Assembly (NCBI GenBank): GCA_019911965.1 | Contig: JAIOJF010000025.1 | Coordinates: forward strand, 41,720 to 105,719 | Direction of reading: 5' to 3' | DNA from: Paracoccaceae bacterium | GTDB taxonomy: Bacteria > Pseudomonadota > Alphaproteobacteria > Rhodobacterales > Rhodobacteraceae | DNA: 64,000 bases | Shown: in pieces, positions 41,616 to 50,929 of the stretch | Layout of the letters: each line of letters opens with the position of its first letter | Numbering within the stretch: position 1 is the stretch's first letter | Translations under genes and position numbers: made by a program | Notes under the pieces: model-generated | Database searches by the model: none | Told to the model about the DNA's origin: nothing | What the model saw: only the letters and a program-made list of their open reading frames with translations

Positions 41616-42266
41616 ATGCAGCACGCTAAGATCCTCCCGAATTATCTGATCACCCGGTATCATGGCTGGAAGGCAACCCAATATGCCGAGAACAAGACCT
41701 GGTATCGCCGCCTGGCCGAAGACGGCCAACGCCCGCGCGCGATGGTGATTTCCTGCTGCGACAGCCGGGTGCATGTGACCTCGATCTTCGGGGCGGATAC
41801 CGGCGAATTCTTCATCCATCGCAACGTCGCCAATCTTGTGCCGCCCTACGAGGCGGATGGCGAACCGCACGGCACTTCGGCGGCCATCGAATACGCGGCG
41901 ACGGCGCTGAAAGTGGCGCATATCATCGTCATGGGCCATTCCAATTGCGGCGGCGTGCACGGCTTTCATGCGATGTGCAACGGGCATGCGCCGGAGCTGG
42001 AAAAGTCATCCAGCTTTGTCGGTCGCTGGATGGATATCCTGAAACCGGGATACGAGCGGGTGAAGGATATTTCCGACGAGGCCGAGCGGATTTCCGCGCT
42101 GGAACGCGAAGGCGTGGTGGTGTCGCTGGATAACCTGATGACCTTCCCGTTCATCAAGTCCCGCGTGGAAGACGAATCGCTGACTCTGCACGGCTTGTGG
42201 CACGAGATCGCCTCGGGCGCAGTCGAATCCTATGACGGAGCCAAGGGCGGGTTCGTGGCAATCTGA
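41616..42266 (+). CDS. beta-class carbonic anhydrase
   Basis: ISCCDSRV, HRNVANLV and GHSNCGG motifs. ATG at 41616. Confidence 0.9.
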   Translation: MQHAKILPNYLITRYHGWKATQYAENKTWYRRLAEDGQRPRAMVISCCDSRVHVTSIFGADTGEFFIHRNVANLVPPYEADGEPHGTSAAIEYAATALKVAHIIVMGHSNCGGVHGFHAMCNGHAPELEKSSSFVGRWMDILKPGYERVKDISDEAERISALEREGVVVSLDNLMTFPFIKSRVEDESLTLHGLWHEIASGAVESYDGAKGGFVAI

Positions 42267-42334
42267 GGATTGCACCGGCAATTGGCTGCCCGGCATGTCC
42301 GGCTACGGTGGGCTGCAGGACTGTCAGGCGATCA

Positions 42335-43396
42335 TCATTCCTCAAACCAGTGGCGCGTGCGATTGGCGAAGGCCACCAGCGACAGCATCACCGGCACTTC
42401 CACCAGCACCCCCACCACGGTTGCCAGCGCCGCCCCCGAGCCGAGGCCGAACAGGCTGATTGCCACCGCCACCGCCAGCTCGAAGAAATTCGACGTGCCG
42501 ATCATCGCGCAGGGGGCAGCAATGCGAAACGGCACCCGCCATATCCGCGCCGCACCGTAAGCCAGCGCGAAAATCCCGTAGGTCTGGATCAACAGAGGCA
42601 CCGCGATCAGCGCGATCACCAGCGGCTGGTCCAGAATGACCTGTCCCTGAAACCCGAACAGCAGCACCACCGTCGCCAGCAGCCCCACAACCGAGGCCGG
42701 GCGCACGCGCTCCTTGAAGGCGTCAATGGCACCCTCGCCCTGCCGCATCAGCCAGTGCCGCGTCACCAGCCCGGCCAGCAGCGGAATCACCACATACAGA
42801 ACCACCGACAGCAACAGCGTGTTCCACGGCACCACGATATCTGTTACCCCCAGCAACAGCGCCACGATCGGGGCAAAGGCGAAGACCATGATCAGGTCGT
42901 TCACGCTGACCTGCACCAGCGTATAGGTGGCATCGCCGCGCGTCAGGTTCGACCACACGAACACCATCGCGGTGCAGGGGGCGGCGCCCAGCAGGATCAC
43001 CCCGGCCAGATATTGCTGCGCGTTTTCCGGCGCGATCAGCCCGGCAAAGACATGCTCGAAGAACAGGACCCCCAGCGCCGCCATCGTGAACGGCTTGATC
43101 AGCCAGTTCACCGCCAGCGTGATGATCAGGCCGCGCGGTTCCTTGCGGATATCCCTGACGGCGCTGAAATCCACGCCCACCATCATCGGATATACCATCG
43201 CCCAGATCAGCACCGCCACCGGAAGGTTGATCGCCGCCACTTCCAGCGCCGCCAGCCCGGTGAACAAGCCCGGTGCCAGATTGCCGAGGCCCAGCCCGGC
43301 CAGGATCGCCAGCGCCACCCAGAGCGACAGCCACCGCTCGAACAGCCCCATTGCGGCGGCCTTGGGGGATTCGGGCATTGGTTCGTTTCTGGTCAT
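42335..43396 (-). CDS. acr3: ACR3-family arsenite efflux permease
   Basis: [27 protein letters not shown] and [12 protein letters not shown] motifs. ATGA overlap with the arsC stop. Confidence 0.9.
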   Translation of the reverse strand: MTRNEPMPESPKAAAMGLFERWLSLWVALAILAGLGLGNLAPGLFTGLAALEVAAINLPVAVLIWAMVYPMMVGVDFSAVRDIRKEPRGLIITLAVNWLIKPFTMAALGVLFFEHVFAGLIAPENAQQYLAGVILLGAAPCTAMVFVWSNLTRGDATYTLVQVSVNDLIMVFAFAPIVALLLGVTDIVVPWNTLLLSVVLYVVIPLLAGLVTRHWLMRQGEGAIDAFKERVRPASVVGLLATVVLLFGFQGQVILDQPLVIALIAVPLLIQTYGIFALAYGAARIWRVPFRIAAPCAMIGTSNFFELAVAVAISLFGLGSGAALATVVGVLVEVPVMLSLVAFANRTRHWFEE

Positions 43397-43902
43397 TTCG
43401 CCACCTTCAGGTCGTTCCCGATTGCATCCATCTTGTGCTTCAGCGCCTCCCGGTCGAGCGTTGCAAGCGGCAGGGCGGCGAAGGCTTTTATCCGGGACCT
43501 GAGCGTTCTGAAAGTGTCCTCGAACGCTTGCCGCCGCTCGGCCTCGCTGCCATCCGCCAGCACCGGATCAGGTACTCCCCAATTGGCGCTCAGGGGGTGC
43601 CCCGGCCAGACCGGGCAGCTTTCGGCCGATGCCGGATCGCAGACCGTAATGACGAAATCCATCCGGGGCGCATCTGCGCCGGTAAACTCGAACCAGTCTT
43701 TCGAGCGGGCAAATCCGGTATCGAATTTCAGCCGCTTCAGCGTATCGACGGTAAGCGGATGCGGTTCAGGGCGCGGATCCGATCCGGCAGAATAGGCCTT
43801 GAGGGATCCGCCGATCTCCTGATTGACAATCGCTTCCGCGATCAGTGACCGGGCAGAGTTTCCGCTGCACAAAAACAGGATGTTGAAGCTTTTGTCAGTC
43901 AT
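43393..43902 (-). CDS. arsC: arsenate reductase, LMW-PTP/thioredoxin-coupled type
   Basis: [12 protein letters not shown] (CX5R loop) and [14 protein letters not shown] Cys pair. ATGA overlap with the arsR stop. Confidence 0.9.
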   Translation of the reverse strand: MTDKSFNILFLCSGNSARSLIAEAIVNQEIGGSLKAYSAGSDPRPEPHPLTVDTLKRLKFDTGFARSKDWFEFTGADAPRMDFVITVCDPASAESCPVWPGHPLSANWGVPDPVLADGSEAERRQAFEDTFRTLRSRIKAFAALPLATLDREALKHKMDAIGNDLKVAK

Positions 43903-44243
43903 GGCATATCTCGATTTGTACAGGAAAGTTCATCCAGCAATGGCTGGCACAGTTCGGGCCGTCCGCCACAGCAATCCTCCATCAGGAATGCCAGCAGGTC
44001 GCGCATGGTCTGCATGTTGGCGAAGTACCGGATTTCCCGGCCCTCGCGCTTGTTGGTTACCAGGCCGGCATTCAAGAGCACTGACAGGTTGGCCGACAGG
44101 GTGTTCTGGCGAACCTCAAGCTTATCCGCGAGGTCCCCGGCGATGATGCCGACGTCACCTGCCCTGACCAGCAGCCGGAAGGCGGCAAGCCGGGTCGGCT
44201 GGCTGAGGGCGGCAAAGGCGGGCAGGGCATCAGTTGTTTCCAT
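43899..44243 (-). CDS. arsR: ArsR/SmtB family transcriptional repressor
   Basis: FAALSQPTRLAAFRLL HTH region and a C-terminal Cys cluster (EDCCGGRPELC). Confidence 0.88.
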   Translation of the reverse strand: METTDALPAFAALSQPTRLAAFRLLVRAGDVGIIAGDLADKLEVRQNTLSANLSVLLNAGLVTNKREGREIRYFANMQTMRDLLAFLMEDCCGGRPELCQPLLDELSCTNRDMP

Positions 44244-44249
44244 GATTCA

Positions 44250-44259
44250 CGATATATCG
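44250..44259. promoter_or_regulatory. 10-bp palindrome CGATATATCG just upstream of arsR (candidate ArsR operator element)
   Basis: Read directly. Lies 7 nt 5' of the arsR start in an AT-rich patch. Assignment is by position only. Confidence 0.25.
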
Positions 44260-44440
44260 AAATGATTGCCGCAAGGAAAGCCGGTTCCTGAAAAATCTGA
44301 CGACACGGAACACTTTGCCACAAGTTGCGGGCAGGCCTGTCCATACCCCATTGCCCTTTCCCCGAAAGAACGCGAAAACGATTGAATCCGGGGGTATTTC
44401 CGCTAGTCTGCCACTCCCCGGCGGGTACAGGAGTGACGCG

Positions 44441-45559
44441 ATGAAAGTCAGCATGGAGCGTGGCGCATTATTGAAGGCGATGAGCCAGGCGCAATCGGTG
44501 GTGGAGCGTCGCAACACGATCCCGATCCTCGCCAATGTGCTGATCGAGGCGGAAGGTGCCACCGCCAGTTTCCGCGCCACCGATCTGGATATCGAGGTGG
44601 TGGACAAGACCGCCGCGCAGGTCAGCCGCGCCGGAGCATCCACCGTGGCCGCCCATACCCTGCACGAGATCGTGCGCAAGTTGCCTGACGGCGCGATGGT
44701 GGAACTGAGCGACGACGGCGCATCCGGGCGGATGGAGGTGCGGGCCGGGCGCTCGCATTTCTCGCTGGCAACCCTGCCGCGCGAGGATTTCCCGGTGATG
44801 GCCTCGTCGGAATATTCCTGCAACTTCTCGGCACCTGCGCCGGTGTTGCGGCGTCTGTTCGACAAGTCGAAATTCGCCATCTCGACCGAGGAAACGCGGT
44901 ATTACCTGAACGGTGTCTATCTGCATTCCGCCGATGCCACCTCCGGGCGGGTGCTGCGCTGCGTTGCCACCGATGGCCATCGCCTTGCACGCATCGACGC
45001 GCCGCTGCCTGCCGGGGCCGAGGACATGCCGGGTGTGATCGTGCCGCGCAAGACCGTGGGCGAGTTGCGCAAGTTGCTGGAAGATGACGAGATGACCATC
45101 GCGGTGTCGGTGTCGGAAACCAAGATCCGCTTTGCCACGCCCGAGATCACCCTGACCTCCAAGGTGATCGACGGCACCTTCCCGGATTATTCCCGCGTCA
45201 TTCCAACCGGCAATACCCGCCGCCTGGAAGTGGACGCGACCGAGTTCGCGCAGGCCGTGGACCGGGTGTCGACGATTTCGTCGGAACGCTCGCGGGCGGT
45301 CAAGATGTCGCTGGACGATGACCGGCTGATCCTGAGCGTCAATGCCCCCGAAAGCGGCGCGGCGGAGGAGGAACTGGCGGTTGCCTACGGTGACGATCGG
45401 CTGGAAATCGGTTTCAACGCCAAGTACCTGCTGGAAATCGCCGGCCAGGTGGATCGCGAAAACGCCGTGTTCCTGTTCAACTCATCGGGCGATCCCACGC
45501 TGATGCGCGAAGGCAACGACGAAAGCGCCGTCTATGTCGTGATGCCGATGCGGGTTTAG
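44441..45559 (+). CDS. dnaN: DNA polymerase III subunit beta (sliding clamp)
   Basis: MKVSMERGALLKAMSQAQSVVERRNTIPIL and C-terminal VYVVMPMRV. AGGAG RBS. 372 aa. Confidence 0.96.
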   Translation: MKVSMERGALLKAMSQAQSVVERRNTIPILANVLIEAEGATASFRATDLDIEVVDKTAAQVSRAGASTVAAHTLHEIVRKLPDGAMVELSDDGASGRMEVRAGRSHFSLATLPREDFPVMASSEYSCNFSAPAPVLRRLFDKSKFAISTEETRYYLNGVYLHSADATSGRVLRCVATDGHRLARIDAPLPAGAEDMPGVIVPRKTVGELRKLLEDDEMTIAVSVSETKIRFATPEITLTSKVIDGTFPDYSRVIPTGNTRRLEVDATEFAQAVDRVSTISSERSRAVKMSLDDDRLILSVNAPESGAAEEELAVAYGDDRLEIGFNAKYLLEIAGQVDRENAVFLFNSSGDPTLMREGNDESAVYVVMPMRV

Positions 45560-45575
45560 GTGGCAAGCAAGGTCT

Positions 45576-46001
45576 GTGGCGCTACGATATCATCCCAAGC
45601 AGGGTTCGATTGTCCGGGTCAGTTTTGACGATGCTTTCCGCGCGCCGGAAATGGTTAAACCTCGACTTTGTGTGATCGTATCAAAACCTATTCAAGCTCG
45701 ACCAAACCTGTGTACCGTCGTTCCGCTTAGCACCACAGCACCGACCGTAGTCATGCCATATCACTGTAAGTTGGATATTCCTTTCGACATTCCAATGCCT
45801 TGGGGAAATCTTACGCGATGGGTCAAGGGCGATATGGTCTACGCGGCCGGGTTTCACAGGGTTGACTTGTTGCGACTTGGAAAGGATGGAAAAGGCCAGC
45901 GCATTTATCAAATATCAACCTTGCCAGAGGATACACTGGCCCAAATTCAGAAATGTGTTCTGCATGGGCTCGGACTGTCGGGCTTGACAAAGCACCTCTA
46001 A
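45576..46001 (+). CDS. PemK/MazF-superfamily (YifN-like) protein, solitary
   Basis: YHPKQGSIVRVSF...EMVKPRLCVIVS...VVPLSTT matches the PemK/MazF N-terminal barrel pattern. GTG start. GC is about 50% by hand count of the first 60 nt and by eye for the rest, against mid-60s flanks. Confidence 0.6.
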   Translation: MALRYHPKQGSIVRVSFDDAFRAPEMVKPRLCVIVSKPIQARPNLCTVVPLSTTAPTVVMPYHCKLDIPFDIPMPWGNLTRWVKGDMVYAAGFHRVDLLRLGKDGKGQRIYQISTLPEDTLAQIQKCVLHGLGLSGLTKHL

Positions 46002-46168
46002 TTGCCCATTTCAAGCGGGTAGCGGCTCTGTTTCATCCGCATTAAGACCTCTTCAGAGGCCATCAGGCCCTCCGGCGATTACAAGCTGTGGCCTGATGTC
46101 GTCAAGAGTACGTGTTCGGTGATCGTTTGATTGTGGCTCATCGGCCCAATAGGCGCTATCTGAAACCC

Positions 46169-47281
46169 ATGTCTCTTTCCCTTACCCACCTCAGGCTGTC
46201 GCATTTCCGATCCCACAAGGCCACGCATCTGGAAACCGGCGCGCGGCCCATTGCGATTTTCGGGCCGAACGGGGCGGGCAAGACCAATATCCTGGAAGCG
46301 GTGTCGATGCTGTCGCCGGGCCGTGGCATCCGCCGCGCCAGCGCCGATGAATTGTCCCGTGCACCGGAAAATCTGGGCTGGAAGATCAGCGCGGGGCTCG
46401 ACAGCCTCGGCCTTCGCCACCAGATCGAGACCTGGGCGGAACCGGGCGGTGCGCGACAGGTGCTGATTGATGACAAACCCGCGCCGCAGGTGGCGCTGGG
46501 GCGGATCGCGCGGATGGTCTGGCTGGTGCCGGTGATGGACCGGTTGTGGCTGGAAGGGGCCGACGGGCGGCGGCGGTTTCTGGACCGGATCACCCTGTCG
46601 TTCTTTCCCGATCATGCCGAGGCCACGCTGGCCTATGAGAAAGCCATGCGCGAACGCAATCGCCTGCTGAAGGACAATATCGCGGATCAGGGCTGGTATC
46701 GCGCACTGGAAGGGCGGATGGCCGAGGCCGGGGCCGCCATCATCGCCAACCGGGCCGAGGCGGTGCTGCGGCTGACCGGGGCGCAGGCCGATGCGGAAAC
46801 CGCCTTTCCCACCGCCGATCTGGCGATCACCGCGCCGGAGGAAGGCGAGGTGCCGGAAAGTGCCGATGATCTTGCCACCGCCTTCGCCGAAAGCCGCAGC
46901 CGCGATCTGGCGGCGGGGCGCACCCTGGTCGGGCCGCACCGCGCTGACCTGGCGGCGATCTATGCGGCGAAAGGCGTGGCGGCGCGGCAATGTTCCACCG
47001 GCGAACAAAAGGCGCTGCTGATCTCGCTGGTGCTTGCAAATGCCCGTGCCCTGGCATCAGAATTCGGGGCACCGCCGATCATCCTGCTGGACGAGGTGGC
47101 GGCGCATCTTGATGAACACCGCCGCGCCGCCCTTTACGACGAGATCTGCGCGCTGGGGGCACAGGCATGGATGACCGGCACCGAGGCCGGGCTGTTCGCC
47201 GCCCTGGGCGACCGCGCACAGATGATCCGCGTCTGCGAGGGCGGGAACGGCAGCCAGATCGCAAAGGGCACAACCGCATGA
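46169..47281 (+). CDS. recF: DNA replication/repair protein RecF
   Basis: LTHLRLSHFRSH, GPNGAGKTNILEA Walker A, STGEQKALLISL signature and ILLDEV Walker B. Confidence 0.93.
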   Translation: MSLSLTHLRLSHFRSHKATHLETGARPIAIFGPNGAGKTNILEAVSMLSPGRGIRRASADELSRAPENLGWKISAGLDSLGLRHQIETWAEPGGARQVLIDDKPAPQVALGRIARMVWLVPVMDRLWLEGADGRRRFLDRITLSFFPDHAEATLAYEKAMRERNRLLKDNIADQGWYRALEGRMAEAGAAIIANRAEAVLRLTGAQADAETAFPTADLAITAPEEGEVPESADDLATAFAESRSRDLAAGRTLVGPHRADLAAIYAAKGVAARQCSTGEQKALLISLVLANARALASEFGAPPIILLDEVAAHLDEHRRAALYDEICALGAQAWMTGTEAGLFAALGDRAQMIRVCEGGNGSQIAKGTTA

Positions 47282-47748
47282 AACTTGTACTGGCCCTGAT
47301 CGGGGCATTGTTCACCGCCATCGCCGCGCAAGCCGGTGATCTGCATGGCCAGATGCTGGCGCAGGCGCGTTATTCCGGGGTTGGCTGGCAGGCCGATGGC
47401 AGCCATTGGTCGATCGAAGTGCTGATCACCGAAAAAGGCGCGCAGGTTGCCTATCCCTCTGCCGCCTGTTCGGGGCAATGGACGCTGATCAACCGGACGC
47501 CGGAGCGGCTGGACTTCATGGAACAGATCACCGACGGGATCGAGGAATGTATCCCCCTGGGCGCGGTGACGCTGGAGCCGATGGCCGATAGCAGGCTCCT
47601 GTACACGTTCCGCGAACATCAGGCGGCGGTTCTGGCCCGCGCGGTGCTGGTGCCGCTGGGGGCGGAACGGCTGGATTACATGCAGCGCCTGCGCCTGACG
47701 CTGGACAATATCGACTTTGACTATCTCCTGCCCGAGTATTTTGAATGA
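47278..47748 (+). CDS. secreted hypothetical protein
   Basis: Signal peptide MKLVLALIGALFTAIAAQA and two Cys. ATGA overlaps with both the recF stop and the downstream LysE-family start. No family was recognised. Confidence 0.5.
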   Translation: MKLVLALIGALFTAIAAQAGDLHGQMLAQARYSGVGWQADGSHWSIEVLITEKGAQVAYPSAACSGQWTLINRTPERLDFMEQITDGIEECIPLGAVTLEPMADSRLLYTFREHQAAVLARAVLVPLGAERLDYMQRLRLTLDNIDFDYLLPEYFE

Positions 47749-48365
47749 CCCTCACCGCCGCTGAACTGACGCTCTATGCCGGGGCGCTTCTGATCCTGTT
47801 TTTCACCCCCGGCCCGGTCTGGGCGGCGCTGATCGCGCGGTCCCTGTCGGGCGGGTTCCACGCCGCATGGCCGCTGGCGCTGGGGGTGGCGGTGGGCGAT
47901 GTGCTGTGGCCGATCCTGGCGATTTTCGGGGTGACATGGCTGGTCAACCTCTACGGCGATTTCCTGATCGCGCTGCGCTATGGCGGGGCATTGATGCTGG
48001 TGGTGATGGGATTCCTTCTGATCCGCAATGCCGGGGCGCGGATCGAAAAGGACAGCCGGCTGACCGCCCCCGGTGCATGGGCCGGATTCATGGCGGGGAT
48101 GCTGGTGATCACCGGCAATCCCAAGGCGATCCTGTTCTACATGGGCGTGCTGCCGGGATTTTTCGATATTTCGCGGGTCAATGGCTGGGATGTGGCGGTG
48201 ATTGCGGGCATGTCGGCGCTGGTGCCGTTCTGCGGCAATATCGTGATGGCCGGGTTCGTGCATCGCGCCCGGGCGCTGATCTCGTCCCCGGCGGCGCTGG
48301 CGCGGGTGAATATCGGCTCGGGCGTGGCGCTGATCCTGGTCGGGATTGTCATCGCGCTGACCTGA
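47745..48365 (+). CDS. LysE/RhtB family amino acid exporter
   Basis: FTPGPVW N-terminal motif, six hydrophobic segments, 206 aa. Confidence 0.85.
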   Translation: MTLTAAELTLYAGALLILFFTPGPVWAALIARSLSGGFHAAWPLALGVAVGDVLWPILAIFGVTWLVNLYGDFLIALRYGGALMLVVMGFLLIRNAGARIEKDSRLTAPGAWAGFMAGMLVITGNPKAILFYMGVLPGFFDISRVNGWDVAVIAGMSALVPFCGNIVMAGFVHRARALISSPAALARVNIGSGVALILVGIVIALT

Positions 48366-48378
48366 CCGGCCCGGGGCT

Positions 48379-48849
48379 TCAGGCCCGGTGATAGGGCGTG
48401 CCGGCCAGGATTGCCGCGGCGCGGTACAATTGCTCGGCCAACATCACCCGCACCAGCATATGCGGCCAGACCATCGCGCCGAACGAAATGGCGGCATCGG
48501 CGCGGTTGCGCAGGCCGGGATCAATCCCGTCCGCGCCGCCGATCACGAAGGCCACGTCGCGGCGGCCGGCATCGCGCCAACCGGCCAGAAGATCGGCAAA
48601 TTCCGGCGAAGTCATCATGCGCCCGCGCTCGTCCAGCGCCACCATGATTGCGCCGTCGGGCAAGGCGCGGTCCAGCAGCGCCGCCTCGGCAGCCATGCCG
48701 CCGCCCTTGCGATCCTCGACCTCCAGCACCTCCGCCGGGCCAAGGCCGATGGCCCGCCCGGTCTTGCAAAAGCGTTTCAGGTAATCATCCACCAGCAGAC
48801 GTTCCGGGCCGGATCGCAGGCGCCCGACCGCGCAGATACGCACCCGCAT
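48379..48849 (-). CDS. rlmH: 23S rRNA (pseudouridine1915-N3)-methyltransferase
   Basis: MRVRICAVGR, FVIGGADG and ILAGTPYH motifs. Confidence 0.92.
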   Translation of the reverse strand: MRVRICAVGRLRSGPERLLVDDYLKRFCKTGRAIGLGPAEVLEVEDRKGGGMAAEAALLDRALPDGAIMVALDERGRMMTSPEFADLLAGWRDAGRRDVAFVIGGADGIDPGLRNRADAAISFGAMVWPHMLVRVMLAEQLYRAAAILAGTPYHRA

Positions 48850-49221
48850 TCAGACGCTGGCCGTGGTCACGTTTGCCGGCAGCCACATCTTTTCAAGCTG
48901 ATAGAACTCGCGCACTTCGGGGCGGAAGATATGCACCACCACATCGCCGCAATCCAAGAGAACCCAATCGCCGTTCGCCTTGCCCTCGACCCGGCAGGAC
49001 CGGCCCGTTTCGGCCTTCAGCCGTTCCGCCAGCTTGTCGGACATGGCAATCACCTGACGCGACGACCTGCCTGAGGCGATGACCATGTAATCGGCCATCT
49101 CCGACTTGCCGGACAGCGCGATCGGGATCACATCCTCGGCCTTGTCTTTTTCCAGGGATTCCAGAATCAGCCGCAGCAATTTTCCGCCGGGCTTGTCATC
49201 ATTGGGCACGGCATGGGCCAT
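48850..49221 (-). CDS. rsfS: ribosome silencing factor
   Basis: ADYMVIASGRSSRQV and WVLLDCGDVVVHIF motifs. Directly upstream of rlmH. Confidence 0.88.
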   Translation of the reverse strand: MAHAVPNDDKPGGKLLRLILESLEKDKAEDVIPIALSGKSEMADYMVIASGRSSRQVIAMSDKLAERLKAETGRSCRVEGKANGDWVLLDCGDVVVHIFRPEVREFYQLEKMWLPANVTTASV

Positions 49222-49381
49222 GTCCGGGGCGGCCTTGGATGCGGCCGCATCAACACGTTCACTCAGAACGATGTCCTCCTGTCATTGCGCGCCAATATCA
49301 ACAGGCCCTGACGCCGGACCCTGCGCCGCGCAGGTTAGCACGGGCAGGGCCGGTCCTCAACAATGGCCGCGCGGGACTGTG

Positions 49382-50251
49382 TTATTCCCGCACCAGTTTC
49401 TCGTAGGCGGTCGATATGTCGCGCGCCATCGCGCCGACCTCGAAGCGGAAATCGCCGATCTGGCCCACCGGCGTGACCTCGGCTGCGGTGCCGGTCAGCC
49501 AGCATTGCTGGAAGCCTTCCATCTCGGACGGGTCGATATGGCGTTCATGCACCGGGATCTGGCGATCCTTCAGCATTCCGATCACCGTCTGCCGGGTCAG
49601 CCCGTTCAGGAAGCAATCGGGTTTCGGCGTATGCACCTCGCCATCCTTGACGAAAAAGATATTGGCCCCCGTCGCCTCGGCGACAAAGCCGCGATAATCC
49701 ATGAACAGCGCGTCCGAGCAGCCCTTCGCCTCGGCGGCGTGCTTGGACATGGTGCAGATCATGTAAAGCCCGGCGGCCTTGGCGGCGGTGGGGATGGTTT
49801 CCGGGCTGGGGCGTTTCCATTTGGAGATATCCAGCTTCGCGCCCTTGAACTTGGCGTCGCCGTAGTAATTGCCCCATTCCCAGCCGGCGATGGCCAGGCG
49901 GACCGGGTTGCGGGCGGCGGATACGCCCATATCCTCGCCCGAGCCGCGCCAGGCAACGGCGCGGACATAGGCATCGGCCCAGCCGTTCGCCTTCAGCATG
50001 TCGTATTTTGCTTTCTCGATTTCCTCGACACTATAGGGAATGTCGAAATCAATCAGGTTGGCCGAGGTTTTCAACCGCGCCGAATGTTCGGCGGATTTGA
50101 ATATCTTGCCGTTATAGCAGCGTTCGCCCTCGAATACCGACGAGGCATAATGCATCGCGTGGGTCAGGATATGGACATTGGCATCGCGCCAGTCGATCAT
50201 CTTCCCGTCCATCCAGATATGCCCGTCACGGTCGTCATAGGCTCCAGCCAT
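49382..50251 (-). CDS. ilvE: branched-chain amino acid aminotransferase
   Basis: HYASSVFEGERCY, GLYMICT and FLNGLTR motifs. Start at MAGAYDDRDG. Confidence 0.9.
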   Translation of the reverse strand: MAGAYDDRDGHIWMDGKMIDWRDANVHILTHAMHYASSVFEGERCYNGKIFKSAEHSARLKTSANLIDFDIPYSVEEIEKAKYDMLKANGWADAYVRAVAWRGSGEDMGVSAARNPVRLAIAGWEWGNYYGDAKFKGAKLDISKWKRPSPETIPTAAKAAGLYMICTMSKHAAEAKGCSDALFMDYRGFVAEATGANIFFVKDGEVHTPKPDCFLNGLTRQTVIGMLKDRQIPVHERHIDPSEMEGFQQCWLTGTAAEVTPVGQIGDFRFEVGAMARDISTAYEKLVRE

Positions 50252-50425
50252 CGTCTTGTCCTTTCTGGCCTCCGGCGCAGGCCGGATTTGCGAATATTTC
50301 ACGAATAGGTCCGTTTCGGACATTTAATTACGTGAATTCGGCAGTTTGCTAGCATTTGATTCTTGGAAAGTCAACAAGACTGACATAAAATACAGCAACA
50401 CGCCACATCCCGAAGCAGGCAGACC

Positions 50426-50929
50426 ATGCAGGACCGAGGCCAGGCCACCAGCAGCGAAAATCTACTGTTCCTGACGGACGATCAGCTCCGCAAGGGGATC
50501 GAGGCGATGTTCTTCGCCTATCGCGGCTTTACCGCCGATCCGGATCGTATCCTGGAAAACTACGCCTATGGGCGGGCACATCACAGGGCGGTGCATTTCA
50601 TCAACCGCGCGCCGGGCACCACGGTGAACAACCTGCTGGATATCCTTGGCGTCACCAAGCAATCGCTGAACCGGGTGTTACGCACCCTGGTCGAGGATGG
50701 CCTGGTCGAGGCCCGTATCGGCAACCGCGACAAGCGCGAGAGGCATCTGTTCCTGACGGAAAAGGGCCGGGCGCTGGAACAGGAATTGTCCAAGGCGCAG
50801 CGCAAGCGGATGCGGGCCGCTTACCGCGCTGCCGGGCCGGATGCGGTGCAGGGCTTTCGCCAGGTGCTGGAGGCGATCATGGATCCCGGCATGCGCAAGC
50901 TTCTGAACACCATGACGGATGCGGGCTGA
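50426..50929 (+). CDS. MarR family transcriptional regulator (PetP-like by context)
   Basis: Winged-helix segment LLDILGVTKQSLNRVLRTLVEDGLV. The stop overlaps the downstream response regulator start. Confidence 0.85.
   Translation: MQDRGQATSSENLLFLTDDQLRKGIEAMFFAYRGFTADPDRILENYAYGRAHHRAVHFINRAPGTTVNNLLDILGVTKQSLNRVLRTLVEDGLVEARIGNRDKRERHLFLTEKGRALEQELSKAQRKRMRAAYRAAGPDAVQGFRQVLEAIMDPGMRKLLNTMTDAG

Noticed and set aside
44244-44440. DnaA boxes or oriC upstream of dnaN.
   Set aside because: No TTATCCACA-like 9-mers were found by eye in this region. The only near matches in the window are isolated and mostly within coding sequence.
45823-46014. 63-aa minus-strand ORF overlapping the 3' end of the PemK-like gene, as a candidate antitoxin.
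   Set aside because: It is fully antisense to the toxin-like ORF, has no RBS or recognisable antitoxin DNA-binding motif, and its composition is unconvincing. An antisense RNA remains possible but is unsupported.
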